Shown: positions 9,908 to 20,259, counted from the stretch's first letter. The stretch: DNA of 64,000 nt from Deltaproteobacteria bacterium (GCA_033763315.1 JANRKS010000024.1:96001-160000), one strand, 5' to 3'. Notes: generated by a model not told the origin, from the sequence alone. Made by a program: numbers and translations.

Positions 9908-11701
9908 TCACTTCGGCGCCGCCGGCTTGGCCACCTTGGGCTTGGGCAAGGGATCCAGCTGGGCGTTGAAGCTTTCGGACAACGCCTTTAAGTAGACCTC
10001 CGTGTGCCACGAGCGGTGCCCCTCAAGCCGCAGATCCACCTTCACGGTTTCATAACGCCGTAGCGGCACCTTGCGAGGTGTCTTTCCGGCGGCGATGCCA
10101 TTGATCTCAATGTTCGCACCCGCGGGGGTGGTGGTCACCGTCAAATACGAAGGCGGCCGGTTCATCTTCACCAGGAGGTCTACCGGCACCCCAGGCTTGG
10201 CATCCACTTGCCGCGTCACTGTCTCCCAACGTTCCCGCTCGAAAACCACCCGGGCCGGGCCGCAAGGAACAGCGGCCGATGCCAGGGGAGCGATGCCCAG
10301 ATCGCGGGCGGCCCACTTAACGGCCACACCGGCCGGGCGCACATCGATCTTGGCCACGCAATCTGCCCCCGACGCCACGGGCTCAATGTGAGGTCGATCG
10401 TTGGCCGGAACAGCGACGGGCGGCGCAGGCGGACCTTTGACTCGTTCGGCGGCCGGAGCCTCGGTCACGCCGGCAGGCGGAGGGGCCACTGACGGAGGGG
10501 CCACAGGGGTTGGGTGGGGGGCGACCTTGTTTGCCGCTTCCGTTGACACAACGGCGACCGCCGGCGGCGTCTCCGCCACGGGGGACACCGGCGACAGCCG
10601 CCCTGGGGCCGGAAGCCCCGCCATATTGAACCCTACGCACCAACCCAGGAGGGTGCAGAAGGCAAACGGAATCGCTTGCACCAGCGTCCGTCGCAGGGGG
10701 GCGGGAAGCTTTTCGATCAAACGCTGCAAGTCCGCCCAACGCCGGCGCCAGCCGGAAGGCGGCGAGGGGATGTCGGTGAGCTCATCGCGCGCCCCCAACG
10801 CCGAGGCCCTCAACAGCTCGAGGTTTTCGTCGTCCACCTCTTCTGTGTTGGTGATGCCCGCAGGCGCTTCGGCGCGGCGGGTGACTTCGTCCGGCGGCGG
10901 CACAAATCCATCGGACTCGTAAAGGTTGCAATCGACGAACGATTTGACGGCGTCGATGTTCAGCTCAGCCAGCGGGTTGGCTGGAAGTTTGTATTCGGAC
11001 CCCGCGGTTCGGGTTGGCTCCGGCGCGGGGGCGGCCACCTGAGCCCTGGGCGCCCAGGCGGGCGCTGAGGGTTGGGCGGTGGGCACCGACGAGCGCGAGC
11101 GTTCGGGTGGCGGCGTGGGCGGGCGTCGGGTGGGCACCTCACGGCGAGGGGGGGGCACCGGCAGGGTGCCTTTGGCAACGAAGCTTTTCGGCTGGCCGAA
11201 CACCGGCTTGGAGCCGGTAGGCCGCGTGAACGACGGCACCGCGGGCTGGTTTTGCTCCGTGTCCTCAACGCCGGTGGGCACAACTGTGCGTTCGTCGTTG
11301 AACACGGGGGCGGCGTTGGCCCCGGCCTTTCTCGACAGCGACAGAAAGAGCGCCTGGCTGTCCTCGTCCATCTCCAGAAGGCGAACGCGGACCACGGGGC
11401 GCCGATCCGCCGCGCTTTGGCTCGCCGGCTTGAGTTCCACCACCTCCCCGCGGGCGCTGAACACCTCTTTGCTGTCGGCGAGCGTCACTCGCATCATCAG
11501 CCGTTCGCCAACGGCGATGCCCTCGCGGGCAGGAACAGTCAGGCTGTCGGCCGTCGCGAAGGGTGCGAATCGCGACAGCAGTTCGTCAACTGACCGGCAC
11601 TTGGTCGACACGTGGAGCACGCGTTCGCCCGCCCCAGCCTTCGCCGAGCGACGCACCATGTCCCAAGAGACCTTCCTGGTCTGTTCGTCGGGCCGCGACA
11701 C
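9908..11701 (-). CDS. Degenerate PilZ-like (TIGR02266-like) / Pro-rich / TM / PEGA-domain protein
   Basis: N-terminal beta-barrel-like segment (GERLMMRVTL...SARGEVV...VRLLEMDEDSQ), TM FAFCTLLGWCVGF, C-terminal PEGA repeats (VTTTPAGANIEING..GKTP). Confidence 0.75.
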   Translation of the reverse strand: MSRPDEQTRKVSWDMVRRSAKAGAGERVLHVSTKCRSVDELLSRFAPFATADSLTVPAREGIAVGERLMMRVTLADSKEVFSARGEVVELKPASQSAADRRPVVRVRLLEMDEDSQALFLSLSRKAGANAAPVFNDERTVVPTGVEDTEQNQPAVPSFTRPTGSKPVFGQPKSFVAKGTLPVPPPRREVPTRRPPTPPPERSRSSVPTAQPSAPAWAPRAQVAAPAPEPTRTAGSEYKLPANPLAELNIDAVKSFVDCNLYESDGFVPPPDEVTRRAEAPAGITNTEEVDDENLELLRASALGARDELTDIPSPPSGWRRRWADLQRLIEKLPAPLRRTLVQAIPFAFCTLLGWCVGFNMAGLPAPGRLSPVSPVAETPPAVAVVSTEAANKVAPHPTPVAPPSVAPPPAGVTEAPAAERVKGPPAPPVAVPANDRPHIEPVASGADCVAKIDVRPAGVAVKWAARDLGIAPLASAAVPCGPARVVFERERWETVTRQVDAKPGVPVDLLVKMNRPPSYLTVTTTPAGANIEINGIAAGKTPRKVPLRRYETVKVDLRLEGHRSWHTEVYLKALSESFNAQLDPLPKPKVAKPAAPK

Positions 11702-11865
11702 CCAGCTGTCATCGGCACCCGGGGGTGCATGCTTTATCGCGATGAGCCGGAAACTCGGGTTGCGTCCGGCAAAAAAGCTGCCTTAAGTATCGGGTCCGCC
11801 AGCGGTGGCGCGCGATGCGTCACGCCACCCTCTGCGGGCTCACTCGCACCCAAAGGACCCATTCG

Positions 11866-12447
11866 ATGCATAGAGCCATATTGCTGTTTGGCTACCCCGG
11901 CAGCGGCAAAGGAACCCAAGGCAAGATTCTCAATTCGTTGCCCGGGTTCCATCACGTGGCCATGGGTGACGTGTTTCGCGGTCTTAAAGCGGACAACCCG
12001 CTTTACCCCCAAGTGTCCACGCTGCTCAAAGCCGGCAACCTGGTGCCCGACGCGCTGGTGATGGAGCTGTTCGCGCAGAACATCGTCGCACGCAAGATCC
12101 CTGAATCAGACTTGCTGGTCATCGACGGCCTGCCCCGCAGCCGTCAGCAAGTGAACTTGCTCAACCAGCACGCGGCCGTGATCAAGATCTTCAAGCTATC
12201 GGTCTACAACGAAGATTTAGTGGTGCGCCGTATGAAGCGGCGGGCGCAGTTGGAGAACCGCCCCGACGATGCTTCGGACGAAGTGATTCAACACCGCCTT
12301 GACGTGTATCGCACCGAAACCGAATCGTGCATCAAAGCCTATCCGGGAACCATCCTCACGCGCATTCAAGCAGACCAGCCCGTGTTTGACGTTCACATGG
12401 ACATCATCAACGCGCTCGGCAAGATGCGCGACATTCGTTTTCCTTAA
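11866..12447 (+). CDS. adk: Adenylate/nucleoside monophosphate kinase, short LID-less type
   Basis: GYPGSGKGTQ, MGDVFR, GNLVPD, IDGLPR, RPDD, RLDVY. Confidence 0.9.
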   Translation: MHRAILLFGYPGSGKGTQGKILNSLPGFHHVAMGDVFRGLKADNPLYPQVSTLLKAGNLVPDALVMELFAQNIVARKIPESDLLVIDGLPRSRQQVNLLNQHAAVIKIFKLSVYNEDLVVRRMKRRAQLENRPDDASDEVIQHRLDVYRTETESCIKAYPGTILTRIQADQPVFDVHMDIINALGKMRDIRFP

Positions 12448-12449
12448 AC

Positions 12450-12875
12450 ATGAAGGCAGGCCTTTCTCCTTACGACGAAGTCGGTGGCGAGCCGGGCGTG
12501 CGAGCGCTGGTGCAACGCTTCTATGCCCATATGGCGGCACATGAGCGCGCGCTTACGCGCACGCATAAATGCGATGAGCAGGGCCTTGTTGCCGCCGACG
12601 TACAAGATCGGTTTGCGTTGTTCTTGATGGGGTGGCTGGGCGGCCCACAAACTTATACGGCAACGCATGGCCACCCACGGCTGCGCATGCGCCACGGGCA
12701 TGTGGCGATCGACAGCGGCCTGCGTGACGCGTGGTTGCGCTCGATGAACGCCGCCATTGATGGTGGCAACTTCAACCAAGAAGTGGTGGCGCACCTGCGA
12801 CATGCGTTTGCGCAGATGGCGGATTTTCTGCGCAACGTGCCCGATGGTGCATCACCTAAGCCTCAGGCGATGTGA
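12450..12875 (+). CDS. Group II truncated hemoglobin
   Basis: YDEVGG...LVQRFY...WLGGP..Y...HGHPRLRMRH...RDAWL. Confidence 0.92.
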   Translation: MKAGLSPYDEVGGEPGVRALVQRFYAHMAAHERALTRTHKCDEQGLVAADVQDRFALFLMGWLGGPQTYTATHGHPRLRMRHGHVAIDSGLRDAWLRSMNAAIDGGNFNQEVVAHLRHAFAQMADFLRNVPDGASPKPQAM

Positions 12876-13927
12876 GCGCCGCGGGTTTCGAGGTAAACCG
12901 CGTAAAGCGATTGGCTTGCAGTCATGAACAATCGGTTGCGCTTGGCGCCACCGAAGCACAAATTCGCGCAGGTTTCAGGCAAACGGATCTGACCGATGCG
13001 CTTACCGTCAGGCGCAAACACGTGCACGCCGTCATAGCCCGCGCCCACCCACCCGGTGGCCACGTAAAGATTTCCGGCCACGTCAGCGCGCATGCCATCG
13101 GCCAAGCCGGCCTTGCCGCCCATGTCCATGTTCACGAACACGCGGCCTTTGCCCAGTTTCGTTTCACCAACCACGTCCCACACTTTGATAATCTTGGGAG
13201 CCTTGGGATCGTGCGTGCACGCGGTGTCAGCCACGTACACTTTTTTGTAGTCGGGCGAGAAGCAGATGCCGTTGGGTTTGCCGATGTCGTCGGTCAGTTT
13301 CTCGATGGCAAGGGTTTTGCCGTCAACTCGGTAAACGGCTTCCTTGAGCTGCAATTCGCCCCGGTTGCCTTCGTAATCCATTAAGGCGCCATACCCAGGA
13401 TCCGTGAACCACACCGAGCCATCAGGGTGCACCACAAGATCGTTCGGCGCGTTTAATGGTTTGTTGTTAAATTTATCGGCCACCACGGTGACGCGGCCAT
13501 CATGTTCGTAACGAACCACGCGGCGGTTGCCGTGTTCACACGACAGTTGCCGGCCAACGAAATCAAAGGTGTTGCCATTGCTGTAGCCGCTCGGTCGGCG
13601 CAAAGTTGATACGTGGCCATCTTCATCGAGCCAACGCAATTGGCGTTCATTGGGAATGTCGCTCCACACGAGGTAACGGCCCACCGCGTTCCAGGCGGGC
13701 CCCTCTGCCCACAGGCTGCCTGTCCATAGACGTTGAATGGGGGTGTTGGCCAACATGATGCGATGAAAGCGCGGATCCAATTCCACGATGTCGGGATCCG
13801 GGAAACGGCTGGGCGCCGCGTTCGGTCCGAAGTCACGCGCAAGGGCCTTGGCTGGCGCCCCAGCAGCGGCCGCAAGCGAGCCCGCTTTGAGCAGCCCACG
13901 TCGAGAAAAATCTGTCCTAGATGTCAT
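12863..13927 (-). CDS. SMP-30/gluconolactonase/LRE family protein, Tat-exported
   Basis: SRRGLL Tat signal; WAEGPAW, WSDIPN, NAPND, FTDPGYG, PNGICFSPD, ADGMRAD. Confidence 0.93.
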   Translation of the reverse strand: MTSRTDFSRRGLLKAGSLAAAAGAPAKALARDFGPNAAPSRFPDPDIVELDPRFHRIMLANTPIQRLWTGSLWAEGPAWNAVGRYLVWSDIPNERQLRWLDEDGHVSTLRRPSGYSNGNTFDFVGRQLSCEHGNRRVVRYEHDGRVTVVADKFNNKPLNAPNDLVVHPDGSVWFTDPGYGALMDYEGNRGELQLKEAVYRVDGKTLAIEKLTDDIGKPNGICFSPDYKKVYVADTACTHDPKAPKIIKVWDVVGETKLGKGRVFVNMDMGGKAGLADGMRADVAGNLYVATGWVGAGYDGVHVFAPDGKRIGQIRLPETCANLCFGGAKRNRLFMTASQSLYAVYLETRGAHIA

Positions 13928-13976
13928 GCGGCGCTCATCCTATACCAACGCGTATCGTTGGCTCACAAGCACCTTG

Positions 13977-16900
13977 ATGCAGGCTTTCATCTCAAAACAC
14001 CGTCACGCGCAAGCACGACGTGGCGGTCATTTCGGGCACCATCGGTGGGTTTCACTAGGCACGTCGATCGCCTTTGCGTGCGTGGGCCTGATTTGCTCAC
14101 TCAGCGTGGCCAGCGCCCAGACAAAAGTTACGGCGCCCTTGCTCGCGCCGTTCGAGAACAAGACCTATCTTCCCGCCACCAGCGTCAGCAGCTTGGCGCA
14201 GACAGCGGACGGGTTGCTTTGGGTGGGTACGCCCGATGGGCTGCTTCGTTACGATGGACATGCCTTTGAGCGCACGCGCACATCAGGCAGCGAAGAGCGC
14301 GCGCCGATCAGGCGCCTTTGGGTAGGTGACGATCGGTCGCTGTTTGTGATCCCTGGCGCAGGGGATGTGGCGGTGTGGCCAACCGATGGCTTGAACTACG
14401 AGCTATCAAACGTCGTACCTGCCGCGCGGTCGGCAAGCGTCGTGGTGAAGCTTGGCAACCACGGACATCAGCGCGACGAATGGTTCGTGGCAACGCCACG
14501 CGTGTTGGCCATCAGCAGCCAGCCGCACGGCCCCTTGTGGTTGGGCACCGACGCGGGTGTGTGGCGAGTGGATGGCGACGGCCAGGCAACCAGCCGCTTC
14601 GGCACGCAGCAGGGGCTGGCCTCAAGCTTTGTGGCCGCGTTGGCACTCGACGCGCAATCCGCGCTATGGGTGGGCAGCGAAGGCGGGCTGCAAAGCATCG
14701 TGGGCGATCGGGTGCAGCCACCGTTGCTGACAATGCCCATCGTTGGTCTAAGTGCGAACGCACACGGTGACGTTCTTGTACGCGCGCAACGTGAAATGTT
14801 TTGGCTCCACAACGGTGTGATCACAGCGAAGGGACCGGCCGGATCACACCCAGCGCTGGCATGGGCGCGCGCGGGTGGCTTCTGGGTTGTGGGCTCGGAA
14901 CAGGTGGATCGAATCACCAACGTGTCAGGCCAATTGATCGTCGCTGAGACTGTGGACGTGCCCGCCGCCACGGCGGTGATTGAAGATCGCGAAGGCAACG
15001 TGTGGATCGGGACGCGCGCCTCGGGATTGGTGCAACGGCGCCCGCGCCGCGTGTGGAACATTGGGGCTCCTAACGGCTTGGGTGGCTCAGCAGCGTTCGC
15101 CGTTTTGCCCGATCGCGACGGCACGCAGTGGGTGACCACAACGGCTGGTTTGAACCACGTGTTCGCGGATCACATCGACCTGTATCCCAATGGCGTCGGG
15201 CCGCACCAGATCCCTGGCTGGGGGCTGCGCGGCTTGGCAAGATCACAAACCGGCGAGCTCTTTGTGTGGTCCATGTCGCATGGTCTGATTGTCATGCGAA
15301 ACGAAACCTTCACGCGCGCCGCGCAGCAAGACGCACGCTTGGGCCAAGGGTTGGGCGCCGTATACGTCGATCCCAAGAACAATTTGTGGATCTCCACGAG
15401 CGCAGGCGATCTTTTGCGTTACCCAAACGCCGAGTTGCAGACACCGGAAGTTTTCTCCGCCGGTTCAAAAGCGTGCGTGCAACGTGCCGCAAGCTTCGCC
15501 TTCGCCAACGACGGATTGTGGTTCGGCACCAGAGGTTATGGCCTTGGCCGCATAGAGGGACATCAAGTCACCTGTCACGACGCTCACGGCGAAAACGGGT
15601 CGCCCTTCGCAAACATCGCCAGTCTTTTGGTGCTTGATGATGGTTCGCTGTGGATGGGTGGGCAACCCAACGGCGGTCTGGTGCGCTTTAAGCACGGCCA
15701 CTTCTCGCACATCGACCTCGAATCAGGCACGGACACGGTCGGAGCGATCGTGCGAGAGGGGGACAGCGTGTGGATTACAACGTCCGACCATGGGGTGCTC
15801 CGCACATCCTCGCGAGCCCTAAATGAGGCCGCTGAGTCAGAACAACACAGGCTGCTCGAAGTCCAGCACTGGTCAAGCAATGAAGGAATGGACAACCACG
15901 TGTGCACGACGTGGTCGCAACCGGCCGGCGCACTAGATGCCAAGAGCCAGTTCTGGGTGCCCACGCAGCTGGGCGTGAGTGTGCTGCAAGCGTCGCGTGC
16001 GCCAAGGCAGGCGCTGCCCGCGCTCCGCATCGAGCGCGTGTGGGTCAACGGTCGGCCGTTCAATGAACTTGATCGCATCGGTCCCGGCCCTCTTGATTTG
16101 CGCATTCACCTTTTGATGCCCACCTTGATGATGTCAGAGCCCGTCAGGTTCTCCCATCGTTTGCACGGCCGCGACAAAATCTTGCACGCAGGGATGGACC
16201 GGGACTTGGCATGGGATCAGCTTCTGCCTGGATCCTATGTGCTCACGGTGAAAGCGTCCGTCGGCGAACGCAAAACTTCGCTGAGCCAATCGTTCGTTGT
16301 ACTGGCGCCGCTGTGGCGTCGCCCGTGGTTCATTGCGTTGGTGATCGTCGCACTGATCTGCGTCGTGCTTGCGGTGATGCGGTTGCACGATCAACAACTC
16401 AAGCAACGATTCGCGGCCGTTCAGCAAGAGCGCTTAAACCTTGCGCGCGATCTGCACGACGGCTTGGCACAGGGTTTCGCCTCCTTGGGAATGCTGATCG
16501 ATTCATTGGCGATGCGCAGTGCAGACGCTCCGGAGGCGACGAAAACGTTGCTGCAACGAACAAGGCACGTGCTCGACGCGTTCGCCGCAGACGCCCGCCG
16601 CACGATCTGGGAGTTGCGCTCGCCACACCATCACAGCCTCACCTTGGCCGAGGCCATCAACAAAGCCGTGGACACAGCCCGCCTTTCTGCAGACGTGCGC
16701 GTGGCAGTCCTCGGCACGCCCGCATTGACCGCCAGCGCCCTGCGCGAAGTGCCGCTCGTTGTCCGTGAGGCTGTAACCAACGCCGTCCGACACGGCCACG
16801 CCAACGTCATTGACGTCGAAGTTCACGCCACAGAAGCAGGCGTTGAGGTGAAAGTGGAGGACAACGGACGCGGCCTGCGGCCAACAACAGCCGATCGCCC

Positions 16901-17027
16901 ACACTTTGGCCTAACCGGTATGCAAGAGCGTGCCGCCAAACTTGGCGGCCATGTCACCATAGGTGATGGCGCAGCAGGCGGCGTCACCGTCACCCTTATC
17001 CTTCCACAAAAAGCAACCAAACCATGA
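13977..17027 (+). CDS. Sensor histidine kinase with periplasmic beta-propeller (Reg_prop) and Y_Y_Y domains, HisKA_3
   Basis: Repeated LWVGT/D.EGNVWIGT propeller blades, TM PWFIALVIV, ERLNLARDLHD, EAVTNAVRH, EDNGRG, GLTGMQER; start approximate. Confidence 0.92.
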   Translation: MQAFISKHRHAQARRGGHFGHHRWVSLGTSIAFACVGLICSLSVASAQTKVTAPLLAPFENKTYLPATSVSSLAQTADGLLWVGTPDGLLRYDGHAFERTRTSGSEERAPIRRLWVGDDRSLFVIPGAGDVAVWPTDGLNYELSNVVPAARSASVVVKLGNHGHQRDEWFVATPRVLAISSQPHGPLWLGTDAGVWRVDGDGQATSRFGTQQGLASSFVAALALDAQSALWVGSEGGLQSIVGDRVQPPLLTMPIVGLSANAHGDVLVRAQREMFWLHNGVITAKGPAGSHPALAWARAGGFWVVGSEQVDRITNVSGQLIVAETVDVPAATAVIEDREGNVWIGTRASGLVQRRPRRVWNIGAPNGLGGSAAFAVLPDRDGTQWVTTTAGLNHVFADHIDLYPNGVGPHQIPGWGLRGLARSQTGELFVWSMSHGLIVMRNETFTRAAQQDARLGQGLGAVYVDPKNNLWISTSAGDLLRYPNAELQTPEVFSAGSKACVQRAASFAFANDGLWFGTRGYGLGRIEGHQVTCHDAHGENGSPFANIASLLVLDDGSLWMGGQPNGGLVRFKHGHFSHIDLESGTDTVGAIVREGDSVWITTSDHGVLRTSSRALNEAAESEQHRLLEVQHWSSNEGMDNHVCTTWSQPAGALDAKSQFWVPTQLGVSVLQASRAPRQALPALRIERVWVNGRPFNELDRIGPGPLDLRIHLLMPTLMMSEPVRFSHRLHGRDKILHAGMDRDLAWDQLLPGSYVLTVKASVGERKTSLSQSFVVLAPLWRRPWFIALVIVALICVVLAVMRLHDQQLKQRFAAVQQERLNLARDLHDGLAQGFASLGMLIDSLAMRSADAPEATKTLLQRTRHVLDAFAADARRTIWELRSPHHHSLTLAEAINKAVDTARLSADVRVAVLGTPALTASALREVPLVVREAVTNAVRHGHANVIDVEVHATEAGVEVKVEDNGRGLRPTTADRPHFGLTGMQERAAKLGGHVTIGDGAAGGVTVTLILPQKATKP

Positions 17028-17653
17028 CTCGTGAAGTAAAGCTGCGCGTTCTCGTCGTGGACGACAACCAACTCACCCGGCTGGGCATCCGTGGTTTGTT
17101 GGAAACGCAAGACGGCATCGAAATCGTTGGCGAAGCCGAGGACGGCAGCCAAGCGCTGGCGCTTTATCGCCAAACGCAACCGGACGCTGTTATATGCGAC
17201 CTGCGTATGCCTCACTTTGATGGCGTGCGTACCATTGAGCTTTTGCGCAAGGAGCCTTTAGCGGCGCGCGTTTTGGTGTTGACAAACTTCGATGGTGAAA
17301 ACGATGTGTTTGCGGCGGTTCAGGCAGGAGCGCTTGGCTTTTTGACCAAAGAAGCGCGGGGCACGGAGATCTTGGCCGCGCTTCACGCTGTGGCCGCGGG
17401 GCAAAAGGTGATCCCGCCCGTTTTGGCAGACCGTTTGGCCAACCGCCAGCAGCGACCCTCGCTCACGGTGCGGGAGCGCGATGTGCTTACCTTCATTTTT
17501 CGCGGTCATTCGAACCGCGAAATTGCCTTGGCGATGAAGCTCGCCGACAAGACAATCGAAATGTACGTGAGCAGTTTGCTCGCAAAGCTTGAGGCGAAGA
17601 GCCGCACCGAAGCGGTGTCGATCGCGTTGGCGCGGGGTTTGATCTCTAAATAG
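17024..17653 (+). CDS. NarL/LuxR family response regulator
   Basis: REC domain (VVDD, CDLRMP, GFLTK) plus LTVRERDVL...SNREIA HTH; 4-nt overlap with the kinase. Confidence 0.95.
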   Translation: MTREVKLRVLVVDDNQLTRLGIRGLLETQDGIEIVGEAEDGSQALALYRQTQPDAVICDLRMPHFDGVRTIELLRKEPLAARVLVLTNFDGENDVFAAVQAGALGFLTKEARGTEILAALHAVAAGQKVIPPVLADRLANRQQRPSLTVRERDVLTFIFRGHSNREIALAMKLADKTIEMYVSSLLAKLEAKSRTEAVSIALARGLISK

Positions 17654-18932
17654 CGGCCGCCGCGCGAAACAACTCAAGATGCTCCCAGAACGTCGGGTAC
17701 GTCTTTGAGACACACGCAGGATCGGCAATGGTCACGCCGGGAGCAATCGTGCCCAAGATGGCAAAGCTCATCGCCATGCGGTGATCGCTGTAACACTGAA
17801 CCTCTGCCGGGCGCAGGGGACGCGGATCTATCCGCAACCAATCGTCACCCACCTGCACATCCTGACCCAGGCGTCTCAGTTCGGTGACCGTCGCCAACAG
17901 ACGATCGGTTTCTTTGATACGAATGTTGGCCACGTTGCGAATGGTGGTGGGTCCTTTCGCCAACGGCGCAATCGCAGCCAAAGTCATCACCGTGTCTGAG
18001 ATGTGGTGCATATCGACGTCGATGCCATTGAGCGTTCCGCTGCCCACAACGCGTGTGAATTCGCTTTTGCGTTCAACGTGGGCGCCCATTTGCGCGAGCA
18101 CGTCCACAAAGGTGTAGTCACCCTGCAACGATCCGGGGCCGAGCGCGGGCACGGTGATGTCGTGCCCGCCAGCGGCAGCCAACGCAAACGGATAGCTGGC
18201 CGCCGAAGCGTCGGGCTCGATGACGTAAGGAACCGCTTTGTACGCGGCCGGATGCACAACGAACGCGTTGGCTTCTGATTCGATGCGCGCACCAAAATCG
18301 TGCAGCATCTTGATTGTCATCTCGACGTACGGGCGGCTTACCAAGCTGCCTTCGATCTCCACGCGCGTGACATGCCCGGTAAAACCGGCCATGAGCAACA
18401 GTGCCGTGAAGTACTGGCTCGATTTGTCGCCACGCATGCGAACCAACGAGCCCAAAGGCTGGCCGCCGAAGATCGTCAGCGGCGGGCAGCCGGTGGCACA
18501 ATCCACGCGCACGCCCAGCTGACGCAAGCCATCCACCAGATCAGCGATCGGCCGCTTGGCCATGTGCTCATCGCCCTGAAGTACGGTTGCGCCAGGGACC
18601 AACGCACACAGCGCCGCCAAGAAGCGAACGGTTGTGCCGCTGTTGCCTACGAACACTGGGCCCGCGGGTGCGCGCAGACGCGACAAGCCTCCGTGAATGA
18701 CGACCTGCCCTGCGACGGCGCCATCACGCACGTCCACACCCATCGCCTCCAGGCCGATGCGCATGTACCGCGTGTCGTCGCTCTCAAGCACACCGCTAAG
18801 GCGCGTCTCGCCTTGTGCCAGCGCGGCCAAGATGAAGGCGCGGTTCGTGATGCTCTTGGAGCCCGGCACCGGCCACGCAAAGACGTGAGGCCTTTGGACC
18901 GGCGGAATCAACAACGGTGAAGCAGCCACCAA
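17646..18932 (-). CDS. aroA: 3-phosphoshikimate 1-carboxyvinyltransferase
   Basis: PGSKSITNR, GNSGTTVRF, SSQYFTALL, RIKETDR, DHRMAM, KTYPTF. Confidence 0.97.
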   Translation of the reverse strand: MVAASPLLIPPVQRPHVFAWPVPGSKSITNRAFILAALAQGETRLSGVLESDDTRYMRIGLEAMGVDVRDGAVAGQVVIHGGLSRLRAPAGPVFVGNSGTTVRFLAALCALVPGATVLQGDEHMAKRPIADLVDGLRQLGVRVDCATGCPPLTIFGGQPLGSLVRMRGDKSSQYFTALLLMAGFTGHVTRVEIEGSLVSRPYVEMTIKMLHDFGARIESEANAFVVHPAAYKAVPYVIEPDASAASYPFALAAAGGHDITVPALGPGSLQGDYTFVDVLAQMGAHVERKSEFTRVVGSGTLNGIDVDMHHISDTVMTLAAIAPLAKGPTTIRNVANIRIKETDRLLATVTELRRLGQDVQVGDDWLRIDPRPLRPAEVQCYSDHRMAMSFAILGTIAPGVTIADPACVSKTYPTFWEHLELFRAAAAI

Positions 18933-18943
18933 ACGCCCACGGG

Positions 18944-19687
18944 TTACATACGCCGCATGCGCATACGCTTGCCGCCCACTTTATCAGGCGGCGGCATGAA
19001 CTTGGGCTGACCCTGCGTCGCCATGGCTGGCGTCTCGATGTGGAACGAATACCATTCCGCGCCGTAGGCGGTCATCTTGGGCTTTTTGCCCTTTTCGATC
19101 GAAACCAAGTGCGCCTTGAGACGAGCGTCCTCCGGCAAGGCAGCCACACCTTGGTTCAACACGTCGATGGCTTTTGCCTTCTCGCCACGCTTGAGCTGGC
19201 AAAAAGCGTAGGCAGCCCAAAGCAAGCCCTGCTTCTTGTTCTTCTTCAAGGCCGCATCGAAGACCTTCTCCATCTGGTCGTACTGATGCTTTTTAAAGTG
19301 GACCGCGGCCAACATGCCGCGCGCCATCCACAATTTTCCAGGCGCCTTCTCAAGGTAAGGCTTCGCGCCATCAAAGTCCCGCTGCGCCGCAAACTTTAAC
19401 ACGCCGATTTGTCCGTCCATCGAAGCTTTCAGGCGTGGGAACCACAGCCCCAGCGGACGCATCGATTCGAACACGGCGATCGCTTTATCAAACCGCTGAG
19501 CCCCGATATGGGCTTCAGCTTCTTTGTTCTTCGCTTCGAGCCGCTTCATCACTTTGCGGCCAATCACGATGAGCGGCGTAATCAGCCCAGCCAGGCCCAA
19601 GAACACGCCCGACCATGGATCGAAGAATTTAAAACCCAGCGCGAAGGCGCCGGCGCCGATCAAAATCGCAATGACAAACGTCAACAT
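18944..19687 (-). CDS. Membrane-anchored TPR protein
   Basis: Two N-terminal TMs followed by TPR-like helices. Confidence 0.8.
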   Translation of the reverse strand: MLTFVIAILIGAGAFALGFKFFDPWSGVFLGLAGLITPLIVIGRKVMKRLEAKNKEAEAHIGAQRFDKAIAVFESMRPLGLWFPRLKASMDGQIGVLKFAAQRDFDGAKPYLEKAPGKLWMARGMLAAVHFKKHQYDQMEKVFDAALKKNKKQGLLWAAYAFCQLKRGEKAKAIDVLNQGVAALPEDARLKAHLVSIEKGKKPKMTAYGAEWYSFHIETPAMATQGQPKFMPPPDKVGGKRMRMRRM

Positions 19688-19845
19688 GAGCCGTGCCTCG
19701 TGTGTAGCACGAACCCATCACCCATACCCGAAGTTCCACGCCCACCTCTGCCTCCCGCAGGCCGTGCCGAGACTGCAGAAGAGCCAACTCAGCTAGAGCC
19801 GGCGGCCGGGGCCATTTGACGCCCCGGCGCGCACGGCGCCGCGCC

Positions 19846-20061
19846 TTAGTTGGTGTGCTCGACTCGACGTACGCTCTTTGCGGAAGGACCGCGAGGAGCG
19901 TCATGGAGCTCAAGTTCAACTTCCTGACCGCCCTTAAGCGACTTGAAGCCGTCCGAGAGGATCTCCGAGTAGTGAACGAAGATGTCAGGCTGTCCACCCA
20001 CCTCAATAAACCCGTAACCCTTAACGTTGCTGAACCACTTAACCTTGCCAACAGTCTTCAT
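19846..20061 (-). CDS. Cold-shock protein
   Basis: GKVKWFSNVKGYGFI, DIFVHYSEI, GFKSL; SD AGGAGG upstream. Confidence 0.95.
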   Translation of the reverse strand: MKTVGKVKWFSNVKGYGFIEVGGQPDIFVHYSEILSDGFKSLKGGQEVELELHDAPRGPSAKSVRRVEHTN

Positions 20062-20242
20062 TTTGTGAATCCTCCTGATGATTCGCAGCCTTTCTTAAGC
20101 AGGAACCAGGCCAGACGCGGATTCATTTCAATTTCGTATAATTTCAGGCATTTAACTTGCCAGGTTGCCATCCCATCCCAGGCATTTACACAATTAGTCC
20201 GGTGACACCGGGTTACAGTTAGGCTTGAAAGGCTGACTGTGA

Positions 20243-20259
20243 AGCACGGGGTGTGCCGG
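20243..20259 (-). promoter_or_regulatory. Possible sigma54 (-24/-12) promoter upstream of the csp gene
   Basis: Minus strand CCGGCACACCCCGTGCT = GG-N10-GC; also part of a GTGTGCCGG/CCGGCACAC inverted repeat. Confidence 0.35.

Noticed and set aside
19805-19828. GCCGGGGC/GCCCCGGC hairpin downstream of csp
   Set aside because: No U-tract; such GC stems arise readily by chance, so not called as a terminator.
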